This document shows, piece after piece, positions 37,860 to 51,416 of a stretch of 64,000 nucleotides of DNA. The notes below the pieces were generated by a model, which worked only from the letters and a program-made list of their open reading frames with translations, was not told where the DNA came from and did not search any database. Numbering within the stretch: position 1 is the stretch's first letter; the number at the start of each line of letters is the position of its first letter. The DNA is from Sphyrna mokarran (lineage: Eukaryota): contig JAGIQG010000013.1 in assembly GCA_024679065.1 (NCBI GenBank), positions 45,632,001 to 45,696,000 of the forward strand. Reading direction: 5' to 3'. Both the position numbers and the translations under genes were made by a program.

Positions 37860-40150
37860 TGCAGAAAACCATCACAATAATCTCTACATTCTCTGACACA
37901 CGGTGAATAGGATTAGAAAAGTGAATTTGTGGCTCAATGACTGGTGTGGGAGAAGTGGGTTTCAGTTCATGGGCACTGGGTAAAGTATAGGTTATACTGT
38001 TGGTATGGTATATACCTCAAACTTGCTGGCACCAGTGTTCTAGTGAGCTGCATAACAAGGGAAGTAGAAAGGCCTTTAAAATAAACAACTGGAGGGAGTG
38101 ATGGAGGAAGTAAATTGAGCAGTAGAGCCAACACAGAAAAGCAAAATTGTATTAGAAATTGCCAGGAGGAAAGAGAAAAAAAAACCTTAAGAATACATAT
38201 ATTCAAGAGACAAGCATGTATGCTACAAAGGTAATAAAAAGGACCAAACTGAAGGTTCTGTATCAGAATCTGCACAGCATTCATAACAAATTAAATACAT
38301 TGATAGCCTAGTGAAGTTAAATAATTTGGTCTCATTGCCATTTGGAGACGTGGCTGCAGGATGACAAGGATTGGATCTTCAATATTGAGGGACATATCAC
38401 CTTCAAGAACAGGAAACTAGTTAATGGCAGAGGATCAGCATTGTTAATCAAGGAAAGCATTGGTGAAATAAGTTAGAGATTACCTTCGGTCATGAGATCA
38501 GGATTTAGAATCAATTGGTTTGGGCAGAAAATGAGAAATAATAGATGAAAAAAAATACAAGTGAGATTAGTCTATATGTCCCTTAATAGTAACCACAATG
38601 TAGAAGAAATTATGCAAGAAGAAATATCAGGTACTTGTGATGAAAGGACAACGATCATCATGGATGATTTTAATCCACAAATAAACTGGAAAAATCTGAT
38701 GGACATTAGCAGCCTGGAGAGGAGTTCATAGAACGTTTTTGAGATAGTTTTTTTTACAGCAGCATCTCCGATAACCAACAAGACAGCAAGTTACATTAAA
38801 ACTTGGTATTGTGTAATGTGACAGAATTAATGAATGACCTGAGAGTTAAAGCACACCTAGTTGCAGTAAACATATTTAGATTGAATTTTGTATCTTCTTT
38901 GAAAGATCTAACTTAAATAAGGGTAACATATGGATATGAAAGCTAATGTGAATTGGGATTCTAGGCAAGAGGATCAATTATTAGGGAAGCAATGGCAGTC
39001 ATTTAAAAATATTCAAAAAAAGTATGCTCCAAGTGAAAAGAAAAATTCTAAAGGGAGGACTTGCCATTTGTGATTAATTAAAGTTAAGGAATGCATTAAA
39101 ATTAAGAAAAGAACATGTAACTGTGCAAAGATGAGTGGCAGGTCAGAATATAAAGAATGGAACAGAATGACTGAAAGGTTAATCAGGAGAAAGTAATTGG
39201 TGTGTAAAAGGAAACTGGCTAGAAATGTAAAAATGGATAGGAAGGGTTTCAACAGATATTTAAAAAGGAAAAGTGAGTGTTGGTCCTCCAGCGAATGACA
39301 CTCGAGAGTTATTGGCAGACAATAAGGAAATGGCAGGTGAAAAGAACATATTTTTTGCAACTGTCTTTATGATAGAAAGCACAAATAACATTCCAGCGAT
39401 AGCTGTAAAATCAAGAGATGGAAGGGAGAGAGAAATTTTGTGAAAATACAATCACACATCAAAAAGCACTGAGCAAACTGATTCAGCTGCGGGCTAAAAA
39501 ATCATGATATCCTGATGGACTTCATTCTAGAGTCTTAAAAAAATGGCTAATGAGGTAACAGAATTGTTGATATCAATTTTCCACAATTAACTGGATTATG
39601 GAAAGATTCCACCAGACTGGAAAGCAGCAAATATAACTCTTCGATTCAGGAAGGGAATGAGGCAGGAAACTATTGACAGTTAACTTGATGTCTGTCTTGG
39701 ATAAGATGTTAGAATTGATCAGTAAGAAGATTATTGTTGGACACTTGACACTTAGAAAAAAAAAGGTAATTAGGAAATCATATTTAACCAACTTATTTGA
39801 GTTCTTTGAAGGAGTAACGTGCACTTGGGATAAAAGGGATCCTGTTGATGTACTTAGATTTCCAGAAGGTAATTGATAAGGTGTCATATCACAAACCTGG
39901 GATATTTGTGGGAAAATGTGAAGCTGTTCACTTTGGCAAGAAGAATATAAAAGCAGGACATTACTTTTATTAAGTTTGGCTGCAAAGGGATCTAGGTGTT
40001 CCAGTGCGTGAGTCACAAGTTGGTATGCAAATACAACTAGTAAGAAGTCTAATATGAAATTATCCTCCACTGAAAGGTATTCAACACAAAGTGACGATGA
40101 TAGACTTCAGTTATACAGGACATCAGTGAGACCACATCTTCAATCCTGGC
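37860..40150 (+). mobile_element. Long decayed CR1: ORF1 SGNH-esterase end, ORF2 endonuclease and RT
   Basis: VNLWLNDWCGRSGFQFMG (ORF1 end), LKVLYQN...ETWLQDD (endonuclease), KSYLTNLFEFFEGVT..DKRDPVDV (RT, ORF 39673); many stops and deletions. Confidence 0.88.
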
Positions 40151-40234
40151 TGTGATTTTGTGCCCATATTCACAAGTGCAAATGGTGATGTGGGAGCAAA
40201 ATATTGCGAGACTCAGAGAACACAGATCGGCTAG

Positions 40235-40554
40235 ATAGTCAATATCTTTTCCCAAAGGTAGGGGAGTCTACCTAGAGGGCATAGGTTTAAGGTGAGACAG
40301 GAGAGATACAAAGCATCCAGAGGGGCAATTTTTTCACACAAAGGGTGGTAAGTCTATGGAATAAGCTGCCAGAGGTAATGGTAGAGTACAATTTTGTCTT
40401 TTAAAAAGTATTTTGTCAGTTATATGGATAAGATGGGTATAGAGGGATATGGGCCAAATGCTGGCAATTGGGATTAGCTTAATCATTTAACAAAAAAGGA
40501 CAGCACAGACCGAAGGGTCTGTTTTCATGCTGTAAACCTCTATGACTATGACTC
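40235..40554 (+). mobile_element. CR1 3' end
   Basis: ctagagggcataggtttaaggtgaga (RGHRFKVR), ttcacacaaagggtggta, and tail ctctatgactatgactc. Confidence 0.85.
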
Positions 40555-40994
40555 GATGGCAAGAATCTTGCTGCTAAGACCTTACTTTCCGATTTCCCTG
40601 TTCCATACCAGTGATGTAATGAGGCTCCTGCCCAGAAATGTAGGATGCCTCATTTCAATAAATTACAACAGCTTTTTAAAAATGGGAACACACAGTTACC
40701 ATGAGAAATGTGGAATATTCTAGTTCATCTGTTTAGGAAGCTAAAATTCAAAATGACACAGTTTCAGAACAAGGCAAAGGGAACCTGCTGAAAGCACACA
40801 GGTTAGTATAGCTCCTGGCCATGTATCCCAGCACTCTCCTAGCATGTTGGCACTGCCATCCATTTCCATAGGGTGATTTCCTAGTCCACATGTGGAGGAG
40901 GTTCTTTCTTCTTTAATAAGGTACCCTGATTTAGGGATTCCCAACATTTCTGACTTTTTCCAGACCGACTCTGCCAATGTGATGGTGTAGGCCA

Positions 40995-42021
40995 TCAATA
41001 TGGAAAATTATCCACAATTTATAGGTAACCCATTTCAGGATACATATGAGAAGTGGAATGTCGAGGATATTACTTCTTCTCATTAACCTAAATCTAATGA
41101 CCTAGCTGAATGAATGATTTGCACAATAAAATTCCTAGTTATAGAGTGGATAAATTGGGACTTACCAGTCTGACAAACATGACCAAGCAAGATCTACATT
41201 ATGCAGAGTTACATCTGAAAGTGGCACCAGTCTCACCAGTAAAAGTCATATTTGTCAGACTGGTGAGTCCCAATTTATCCACTCTTACCCATGCTATGCT
41301 CTCAGAAATGAGACAGCAACTGTTAAAGCTACAAGGAAAGATAACTATTGTGTCCAATATAAATACAGGTACAAAATTGCCAAGTTTACAATTGGGACAA
41401 TAAGTTTGCAATCAGGATTCCACAGAAGTTACTTCGTAACCAGCTGAGATGACAAGAATTTGTTTGGAATCATGGACTTACGAAATCATTGCACAAGTGA
41501 GGCCAAACCAAGGGTACATCAGATCCTTTCCAGGTCCTCACCTAGGAGAAGATTCAAAGGCAACCAGGAATAACAATCCCACAGATTACTCAGCAATTAA
41601 AGAAACATTCATCAAGGTTACCATTACAAGATCCAGGCATAATAGCAGATTAATTCTACGCTTTAGAGGCTCATGTATTCATCAGTTCTGTACGCTTACG
41701 TAATTAAACATGAACATGTATCATGAATAATTCTCTTTCTTTGGAAAGGGAAAAATGTCTTTTAAAAAAGAGAGGATGTTACAATATATCTATGAGGAAT
41801 AGCAGCACACCAACAACAGAAAGGAAGTGTGTCATATGATCCAACCACAGTTTCATTTTGCCCTGTGAGCAGAACACAGTACACATTGCCCTGCTGCTGA
41901 TGCCTTCAAGTTTTCTATCCATGTATTGTTTCTCTTATGTGCCTCGACTAAATAAACAAACCTATAATGTGTTTATACAATTCCTTATGAGCGATTGAAC
42001 TCACCTAGGGACATTATAAGA
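40995..42021 (+). mobile_element. Gypsy remnant: integrase C-terminal half, PPT and 3' LTR (~41777-42021)
   Basis: NYPQFIGNPFQD..EKWNVEDITSSH*PKSNDLAE*MICTIK, SPVKVIFVR, LPSLQLGQ; PPT aaaaaagagagga directly before TGTTACA; AATAAA at 41951. Confidence 0.8.
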
Positions 42022-42549
42022 CTCAATCCACCACAGAAATGTCACTGATTTTGTCTCTAAATATGAATTCATTATCAGACAAGTAAAATTCAATTTCTAC
42101 TTTAATTGAATCAACCATCCTCTCTGATCCTGCTCTTGCAAGCCTCACCCTTCCCCCCCACATTGTTTTTTTTTGTGTGAACCCTCTGTTTTTGGAGTTT
42201 TGAGTTTTACTTCTGTTTATGCTTGGCCACAATTTTGTTGCTATATATTTTTAAACTCCTGCCTAACTGTTTGAATTCAAGTGCCCACTCTACTGAACTT
42301 AACAGCTCTAAATAAAACAAATTTGTGTACTGTTCTCACAGTTCTCAATGACTATGGCAAAAGAAAATGTGGATTAGTCTGCATGAAATTGTCAATTTCA
42401 CTTAGGCAGTCTCAGTTATCATTGCTGTGTCTAATCAAAATCTCATACTGGTACAGTAGGAAATGCTTTTGTAGAACTAGAGTTGAAGTCTATTTTTGGT
42501 GCCAAAATAGACAGAGCTAAATTCATGAGAATATGCAGTGAGGACACAC

Positions 42550-44265
42550 ATCTTCTGCAGAGCCTTGCCATCGGTGAAAGCATCTTGTCAATGAAAGCTA
42601 CCTCCTGCTCTCTTGACCCTATTTCCACTGGATTGCTGACAACTCAACTTTACTTCCAGACTTGAATGCTAACTAGTAATGTTTCTCTCTCTTCAGGTAT
42701 TGAGCTGCTCTCCTTTTGATGTGCCTTCATCTCCCACGCCGCAAAAAGAAATCAAGATCTCACCCTGCTATAATACTGAAACAGTTCTTATTAGTCACAG
42801 AAAACATCATAAGGGACTGTGATAAAGGTGACCTTTCCCTCTTAATTTTTCTCCATATATCTCGAGACTTTGACCACCACATCTCCTCCAACACCTCTCC
42901 AATGTTGCCCAACTGAGTGGAAAGCACTCATCTGGTCCCATTTTATCCATGCAGTCAAGACTAGAGAATCACCCGCAATGACTTCTCTTGCCACTCTCTT
43001 ATTGTTATGATGTGCAGCCATGATGTGGAAATGCCGGCATTGGACTGGAGTGGGCACAGTAAGGATCAGCACTCTGAAAGCTCATGATTCCACATAAACC
43101 ATTGGAATTTAACTTGGTGTTGTGAGACTCCTTACTGCACTCTCTTACTGTTAGCTCTATTGTTTTCCAAAAGTATATCTTCGACTCACTCATATTTTTC
43201 AACTATATCGTACCCTGAAAACACGTAATTCATCTGAAAACACATAATTAGTTTTCACATGTATCTTGACAACACCAAGCTCTCTGGGCAAGTTTCTCCA
43301 ATCTCATTCATGGCTGCAAATGAGAATAGAGAATTAGTCATTCCAAAGAAAATTCCATTCACTTTCAGCAGCACTGAAGAATCCTAGCCACGAAGGATTG
43401 TAGAAGTATTCAGTGTATGTCTCCACCACTGCTCTTACCATCTCCATTGTCTCTAAATTGTTAAATATCTTCCCAACGTCCAGTACCAGAGAGGCAGAAA
43501 TTTCCTCCAATCCACTTGGACCCACAAAAGACATTGTTCCCTAATATGACACTATCTTTCTCACCAGCAAATATCTGGGGGCAAATAGATTGTTTGCACT
43601 TCTTGTGTACTTGATCCTGAGACCAATTTCCAGTCACATATTTGTGCCATTATTAAAATTCCCCTATATCCATCATCCACCTTCAGCTTATCTGCTGCTG
43701 AAATCCTTGCTCATATCTTTATTACTTCTGCATTGTATTATTCCTATACACTCCTGGCTGATCTCTCACATTCTAACCCTCCTCCATATGTACTTGAGAT
43801 TATCTAGCTCTGCTGCCCATATCTCAAGTCTGTTCGCCCATCACCCCTTTTCTCAATGACCCACATTGATTCCCAGTTAAGCAACACCTGTATCTTAAAA
43901 TCCTCACCTCATTTTAAAATCTATTCAGGATATAGCCCTTCCCCCATCAGTGTCACCTCCGCCAGTTCTGTAATCCTCCAAGACATCTGTGCTCTTCTAA
44001 TTCTGACCTCTTAAGAATCCTCAACTTTATTCATTCCATCATTGACAGCAGTGCCCTTCATAAGGTCTGTGTTGTAAAATTTTCTCTCTAAACCTCTCCT
44101 CTCCTTTAATATGCTCCTCAAAACCTATCTCATTTACTAAGCTTTTTGTCATCTATCCTAATATCTCTTCATGCATGCTACATGCGGCTTAAATTTTTTT
44201 AGTTAATAGTCCTAATCAGTACCTTGGAATATTTTACTAATGTAAACACAAGTTGTATTGTTGTC
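42550..44265 (+). mobile_element. Decayed L2 LINE (RT to 3' tail)
   Basis: ATSCSLDPISTGLL (ORF 42483), DKGDLSLLIFLHISRDFDH (ORF 42716) and tail acaagttgtattgttg. Confidence 0.8.
43020..43139. mobile_element. Second Penelope-like family terminus, inverted, inserted in L2
   Basis: gatgtggaaatgccggcattggactgg is the reverse complement of the family end seen at 63325-63355; flanked by cactctctta(t/c)tgtta on both sides. Confidence 0.65.
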
Positions 44266-44856
44266 ATACACTGTTTTTGTTTGGTGTATTTCTACTTCTG
44301 ATTTATTCTTACAAAATAACACAAGAGCAACAATTCAACAATTTTTCTTCCCCAAACTGCCTGGAAGTGGTTCTTGGTTGAATAAGGCTGATTGGATCAG
44401 CAGCTGGTGAGGATGTGTTCATCTGGACCATTATTATTTCCATTCTTGCATAATTCAAATATCTTCTTTCAGAAAATAGCAAAATCTGCTGAACAGGAGT
44501 TTTTGTTCAATTGCACTGTTTTTTCCCTCCCTAATACAGTTTGTCCACAAAATGAGCACAAATTGAATTTCTAGGTTGTAATGCATTTGTTTAAAAAGAT
44601 CGTGCTGGAAACTGGCTGCGCTTACTAAACTGGCCATGCTATTGTGTCAAGATAATCATCATGGCGTGTCTCCACTAACTGTCTATTTGTGTGCATTTGA
44701 GGCGGCTCTTAAGTAAGTGCAAAGACACAAAGAGGCAAGTTTTAAACTATTTTAAAAATCTTTTCAATTTACTCAAGGAACTGACAACCACGAAGTGATA
44801 TAACTAACAGTTTTATTTCAAATTTAGAAGTAATTTTCAGCTATCAATAATTAAAA

Positions 44857-44937
44857 CATTGACCTGAAATGTTAACTATTATTCGCTCTGCAGATGCTGC
44901 CTGTCCTGCTGAGTATTTCCAGCATTTTCTGTTTTCA
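44857..44937 (+). mobile_element. Penelope-like terminus fragment
   Basis: ttgacctgaaatgttaact...cagatgctgcctgtcctgctgagtatttccagcattttctgtttt. Confidence 0.65.
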
Positions 44938-45118
44938 TGTATTGAGGTGTTTCTTTCTTCCTCTCTGTCTCTTAATCTTCCAATGAGAAGTAAAATAATT
45001 ACTTAAACTGCACATGTTCCACGGCTATCAGACTAATGGGCACCAATTCTTATCCTGTGGTTGTTTCTTTTCAGAAAATTGGTAGTAAATCAATTCACTT
45101 CCAGTCAGTTTGAGTTGA

Positions 45119-45405
45119 GGGCAGCACACTGGTTAGCACTGTTGCCTCACAATGCCAGGACCCTGGGTTTAATTCCCAGCTTGGGTCAGTGTCTGTGCGG
45201 AGTCTGCACATTTTCCCCATGTTTGCGTGGATTTCCTCCGGGTGCTCTAGTTTCCTCCCATAATCCGAAAGATGAGCTAGCCATGCTAAATTCTCTGTGT
45301 ACCTGAACAGGTGCCAGAGTGTGGCAGCTAGGGGATTTTCATAGTAACTTCATTGCTATGTGTTAATGTAAGCCTTCTGTAACTAATAAATAACTTTTAA
45401 CTTTT
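45119..45405 (+). mobile_element. V-SINE with alternative tail
   Basis: HE1-like head; tail ctaggggattttcatagtaacttcattgc...taataaataactttt. Confidence 0.88.
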
Positions 45406-46252
45406 TCTTTTTTTGGGCGATTCTTGCCCGAGAGCTTTTTTTTGGTTGTCCCTTTCAGTCTGTCTGATTTTTGCTGGGCCGTTTCATCAGAGATGAGTCA
45501 TTCAGCTGTTCTTCACAGCTATCTTAAGTTTGATGCCTGGTTCTATTACTTTGTCACACTGACTCCAAATGAAATAGTAACATAAATTGGTGGGGCTCAT
45601 TCAGTTCAGAAATCACATATACCTGCAAGTATGGTAACATGGTGAGCAATTAATTTTCCATTCACTTAATTTCTTGAATTGGAAATAGAACTCCTTTCCT
45701 GTCAAAATAATGAAATTTCTCACGTACTTTCTGTATTTATTGCTCATCATCTACAACCCACAAAAATGTGCTACACACATCAGTATCTTCAACATTCACC
45801 ACAGTAAAAAACAATTGCATCCCTTATGTCTTCTCCTTCCTCTAGCAATCAACACTTCGAACTAGCCCATGAACACACCTTTGCTTAAATTTCTATTTTT
45901 GTACTGACTTTCCAGTGGAGACTTCCACAAATTTAGGTAGTGGCAAGTCCCACCTATTTATTTCAGTCAGCAATTGATGACACTTTTAACCTGGAAAGGA
46001 GCCATTTGAAAGGTGTGAGATGGAAGGCATGGAAAAGGTTGAGCTGGAATATAACTTTAATTAAACGGAGAGAGAAGGACAAGATGATACAGGGCCAAAC
46101 TACTGGGCGTTCATAAAGTGATATCAGGCAGTTCTTCTTAAAACAGGCATTAATTTTCTACTTCCTATTCCAGGTTAAACCTGATATGACCACACTCTTA
46201 GAGATGTTACTTAACTCAAGGAAGAGTAAATTTCTCCACATTTGCCACTATC

Positions 46253-46340
46253 TTTTCACAGTGCAATGTTATTGCAATTCTTCATTGCAATGTTAACATA
46301 AGCCTATTTGTGCCACTAATAATAAATAAACTTTAAAACT
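46253..46340 (+). mobile_element. Isolated alternative SINE/LINE tail
   Basis: cttcattgcaatgttaacataagcctatttgtgccactaataataaataaacttt with no head. Confidence 0.7.
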
Positions 46341-47052
46341 ATCTGTCACAAAGTGGTAGCTCATATCTCATACAATTAGCTCAATGCTTACCCAGCATGT
46401 GGCTGGTTTATGGAACAGCTGGACAGGCTATAATAATTCCAGAAATATTGGCTCCAAAAACGCATGGAATTTTGGTCTCAGTGTAAGGACTGTAGTTAGC
46501 TTACCAGGAACCTCCATCTTCAATCTCACTGGAGGATCTTAGTGAGCTATAGCACCAGGGGTAAATCTCAGTGGCTTGGTGTAGCAGAATTGTAAGTAAT
46601 GAAGCATTGAGCAATCATTAGGCATACCATGTGTTCCCAGCTATTTAGATATTTATAGATAATACAATATGTAACAATGTGTTTTTGCTAGCATTCTAAA
46701 GATTTTTTTTTAATGGACTAGAAAAGATAATGCCAATATTGTTTTTCCTGATCACCTGCACTTTTGCACATTTATTGAGAACAGGCATTCTATTTACTAA
46801 ACAAACTCACACAGACAGACAGAGCAATGGCCTACAACTGAGGACCCAGCTTGGCTCATCTTGTATATTTATCAAAGCTAAGTAAAGGAAGGTAACTTTT
46901 TCAAAGGATGGGAACAACTTTGAAATCCATTTTCATAAGTTGACTTGGGGGAAGAATCATTCTGGCTACTGTGCACATTCAAGAGGAATGCCTTCATGTA
47001 CCAAGTTCATCAAATCATCTCCCATCTTGAAGTGAAAAGTACAACTGTCAAT

Positions 47053-47375
47053 AACTCAGCTGGTAAATGCGTTATCTAGTGTTTCACAACCTGGAATTAA
47101 GTCCCAGATTCAATCCCTCGTCAATGTTGTCTCAGTTGGACAGAATTAGGGCTATTACAATTGGTTTCTATGCTTCTTGGCAAGAATAGAAAGCAATCAA
47201 CAAAATCCTATAGCTCCCTATTTGTATCCAATGGGCCCTCCAGAAAGTCTGTTTGGACATCAGGTCAGGAATAAACCAAGATTAGCTGTTATAACTCATA
47301 TTGATAAATTACATGCCAACCTTCATTGCCGAGACTCATGCATGAACAATGGTCACTTGGGAAAGACACCAGCAA
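47053..47375 (+). mobile_element. Ancient tRNA-derived SINE
   Basis: actcagctggtaaa (A box-like), cccagattcaatccc (B box-like), then tacaattgg...atggtcacttgg; a weakly similar copy lies at ~57395-57700. Confidence 0.5.
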
Positions 47376-48804
47376 GCTGCTAGCACTTATAAAACTGTCC
47401 TGCAGTTACAGTCAACATGCTGAAGAGAAGACAGAAAGATATAAATTTGGAAAATGAAAGTACAGACAAAGGTATACCAAGTTGATGTTACAACAGGAAC
47501 AATGGGAAGAAGAGATAGACTTTTCAATTTAATTTCAGAACAACAAAGTGACTGTGAAATGTCTTCTCTTTTACAAATGCCTTTCATAGACATTAATTAT
47601 TGTTTCAATAAATCAAAATATCATCTTATAGTTTCTGAAATTTTTCCAGAAACAAGCTTCACTGAATATATTCATTCTTGCAATCAAGGTAAAAAAAATG
47701 CTTTGAACTTTTGAATTAGCTTACTAAATTATAAAGATTGTCAAGTGTGCTCCTTCTTATATTCTTTAAATACTACAGAACAATGTGTTGTTGCTGAGCA
47801 TTGAATGATTTTAGACAACTTGAACTATTGATTTTTGATGGGTGGAATATTTTAAAGCTTCTAGTGGCAGACAAGAAGGCAGGCAGGGGCAATTAACCGA
47901 ATGGAGGCCAAAATATCAGCTTTCCAATGACGGAGCGAAAGTTGGTTATCAAGTTGATGGCAGCTTGAGAATGGATTGTGCTTCCTGATAGCCAGTGATA
48001 GAAACGTAATTTTAATACATTAGCATTCCATGTGTATTCATTAAAACACAATTTTACCAGGTTAAAGTGTACCTTTGGCATTAAGAATGCAGCAAATGAG
48101 AAATATGGGCCTTCAGATTTATGCCTGGTTAAAGATGGTATATAGCAGATGAGTTATTTTTCCTCATGGCTTTGGACTGAGTAGAAGCTGCTCTTCTTGT
48201 TTGAGGAGATTTGTTGAACTAAGGAGGGGGTGTATTGATGTCAGCTGGCACCTGTGGAAGGGAGATAAGGAGGGAGGTGGCAGTCCTAAGAAGATTCATG
48301 GGATATAGTCAGGCTTCATATGGAAGATCAATGGCTACAGAAGATGGATCAAGCATAACTGTTGGACGATTAAGGATTATAGAGGGTTGATGTTTAAGTA
48401 TGAGGCCCAAACCTTCAACTCCATGAAGTAATAACAGTGCTGGTGACTCCTGCTGCTCCCTTATCTCTGCATCTTTAACTGACAAGACAATGTATGACTG
48501 CATATGGCCAGCCTATCTGGCTCTAAGCAGAACATATTGTGTACTTCTGGTCACACTGAAAAGAGGTACCATATTTTTCCTCTCAAGTGTTCTTCTTCAA
48601 GAATTTTAACTCTCAAACTTCGCAAACAATGCATTGAACCTGGGTTCTCTGGAACACGTGAAAACAACCAAAAATGACTTACCACAAAAACCTATCTGAT
48701 TATTTAACTCAGTGCCTCTGTGCAATGGGAGCACTTAAATCAGGTACTAGACATGCATAATGCCTGATTGATACTGGGTGACATTATGTTTATTGCATTT
48801 TATG

Positions 48805-50661
48805 ACAGCAATGTGGCACAGTGGTTCACACTGCTGCCTCACAGCACCAGGGATCTAGGTTCAATTTCAGCCTTTGATGGCTGTATGGAGTTTGCACATT
48901 CTCCCTGCGTCTACTTGGGTTTCCTCCAGGTGCTCCAGTTTATTCCCAGAGTCCAAAGATCCACAGCTTAGGTAAATTGAACATAGAACATAGAAAAACT
49001 GCAGCACAAATAGGCTCTTCGGCCCATAAGTTGCTCCAAACATGTCCCTACCTACTAGGCTTACCTAGAACCCTTTATCTTACTAAGTCCCATGTACATA
49101 TCCAAAAGTCTCTTAAAAAACCCTATTGAATGCTGGCAGCCGATTCCATGCACCCTCCACCCTCTGAGTGAAAAACTTACCCCTGACATCTCCTCTGTAC
49201 CTATTCCCTAGCACCCTAAACCTGTAACCTCTTGTGGCAGACATTACAGCCCTGGGAAAAAAAACTTCTGAGAATCCACTCGATCAATATCTCTCAGGTC
49301 ACCTCTCATCCTTCATCTCTTTAGCAAAAAAGACAGAGCTCTCTCAACCTATCCTCATAAGGCTTGTCACCTAATCCAGGCAACATTCTTGTAATTCTCC
49401 TCTGTACTCTTTCTATGGCTTCCACATCCTTTCTGTAATGAGGTGACGAGAATTGAGCATGGTACTCCAAGTGGGGTCAGACCAGGTATGTATAGCTGCA
49501 GCATTATCTCCCGACTCATAAACTCAATTCCCCAATTGATGAAGGCCAGTACACCATACATCTTCTTAACCACATTCTCTATCTGCGAAGCTGATTTGAG
49601 CGTTCTATGAACCCAGACCCCAAGATCCTTCTGATCTTCCACACTGCTAAGAGTCTTACCCTGAATATTATATACTAACAAATAGAAATCTAACAAATCT
49701 AACAAATAATATTCAAATAGAATATTATATTCTATTTGACCTGCCAAAATGAATCACCACACACTTATCTGGATTGAAGTCCATCTGCCACTTCTTCGCC
49801 CAGTCTTCCATCCTATCTATATCTCATTGCAACTTCTGACATTATTCCAAACTATCCACAACACCTCCAACCTTTGTGTCACTGGCAAACTTACCAATCC
49901 ATCCCTCCACTTCCTTATCCAGGTCATTTATAAAAGTAACAAAGATCAAGGTCAGAACAGATCCCTAGGGCACTCCACTGGTGACCAACTTCCAGGCGGA
50001 TAAAGACCCATTTACAAACATTCTTTGCCTTCTGTGGGCAAGCCAGTTCTAGATCCATAAAGCAATGTCCCTTGGATCCCATGTGCCTTCTCACTTTTTC
50101 AATAAGCCTTGCATGGGGGACCTTATCAAAAGCCTTGCTGAAGTCCATATAAACCAAATCTATTGCTCTTCCTCCATCAATGTGTTTAGTCACATCTTCA
50201 AAAAACTCAACCAGACTTGTAAGGCACGATCTGCTTTCGACAAAGCTGTGCTGACTATTTTTGATCATACTATATCTCTCCAAATGTTCATAAATCCTGC
50301 TCTCAGGATCTTCTCCATCAACTTACCAACCATTGAGGTTAGACTCACTGGTCGATAATTTCCTGGACTATCTCTTCTCCCTTTCTTGGATAAAGGAACC
50401 TCATCCCCTATCCTCCAGTCCTTTGGAACATCTCCCGTCTCCATTGATGATGCAAAGATCATTGCCAGAGTTCTGCAATCTCTTCCCTCGCCTCCCACAG
50501 TACCCTGGGATAATCCCATCCAGTCCGGCAACTTATCTATCTTGATGGTTTTGGTTATGCAAGTAAGGAGATAGGGGAGAGGATCTGGGTAAAATACTGT
50601 GGCAGTCAGTGTAGACTGGATGGAGCAATGGCCTCTTTCCACACTGTAGGCATTCTACGAT
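48805..50661 (+). mobile_element. HE1-type SINE split by a CR1 insertion (halves 48805-48980 and ~50548-50661)
   Basis: The head runs to ttaggtaaattga and resumes at ttggttatgc...atggcctctttccacactgtaggcattcta. Confidence 0.82.
48981..50545 (-). mobile_element. CR1 (HER1-like) LINE, RT to 3' tail
   Basis: GNYRPVSLTSMVGKLMEKILR, SQHSFVESRSCLTSLVEFFEDVT...VYMDFSKAFDKVPH, KDLGVWVHRTLK; (acataga)n tail at 48981. Confidence 0.95.
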
Positions 50662-51416
50662 ACACCCATTCATTCCTAAGCTTTTCAGGGAGTCAGTAAA
50701 TGATGTTTAAAGGGTATCAACACCTCAACAATTCAGTCATGTAACAACTGTCTACTTTCAATCTACTTTACGATCCCACTGTGAAGTCTGCCACAGCCAA
50801 TTAGGTTGTGGCTGAGGTAGATGGATCAGGGTTTACATGAACTGCAACATCACCTGCCAACTGTGACATTACATATATTGTTCAGCAGAGAAAAAATGCA
50901 TGTATTTATTAAAAAAAAATCAACGATCATGTGAGCAAGTCAAGGGTGACATGGCTCTAATCCCTTCAGGAGTAGGTAACTGGAAAGTGTGGATTATAAA
51001 TGTGGTTCTGCAGTGAAAAATAATTGGCAACCCCTCTGTACTTTACAGTCTCAATTGCGTTCCTGAACACGGCAGCGATGACTGATGAACAAAGATATGA
51101 GGAGCTGGAGGGAAAGTTTGGAACTGGAATTCCCTGCGGATTAGTGAACACCCAGGACCAGTAAAAAAATAGTTGATCTTGCAGCAGCAGTCACAATCTA
51201 AAGATTGAGCTAAGTTTCTATGTTTTCATATTTTGCAGTCAGTATGCTGATAAGCAGATGCCAAAGATGGGGGAAATCACATTAAACTGTGAAACAAATT
51301 GTGACTGTGATGGATGTATTCAAAAGATTTATTGAAACATCATTCAACATTTTGATGACAATTCTAGCTGTTCTGAAGAAAAGGGCAGCTTTTCAATTAA
51401 AAAGTAAGTTGGGAAA

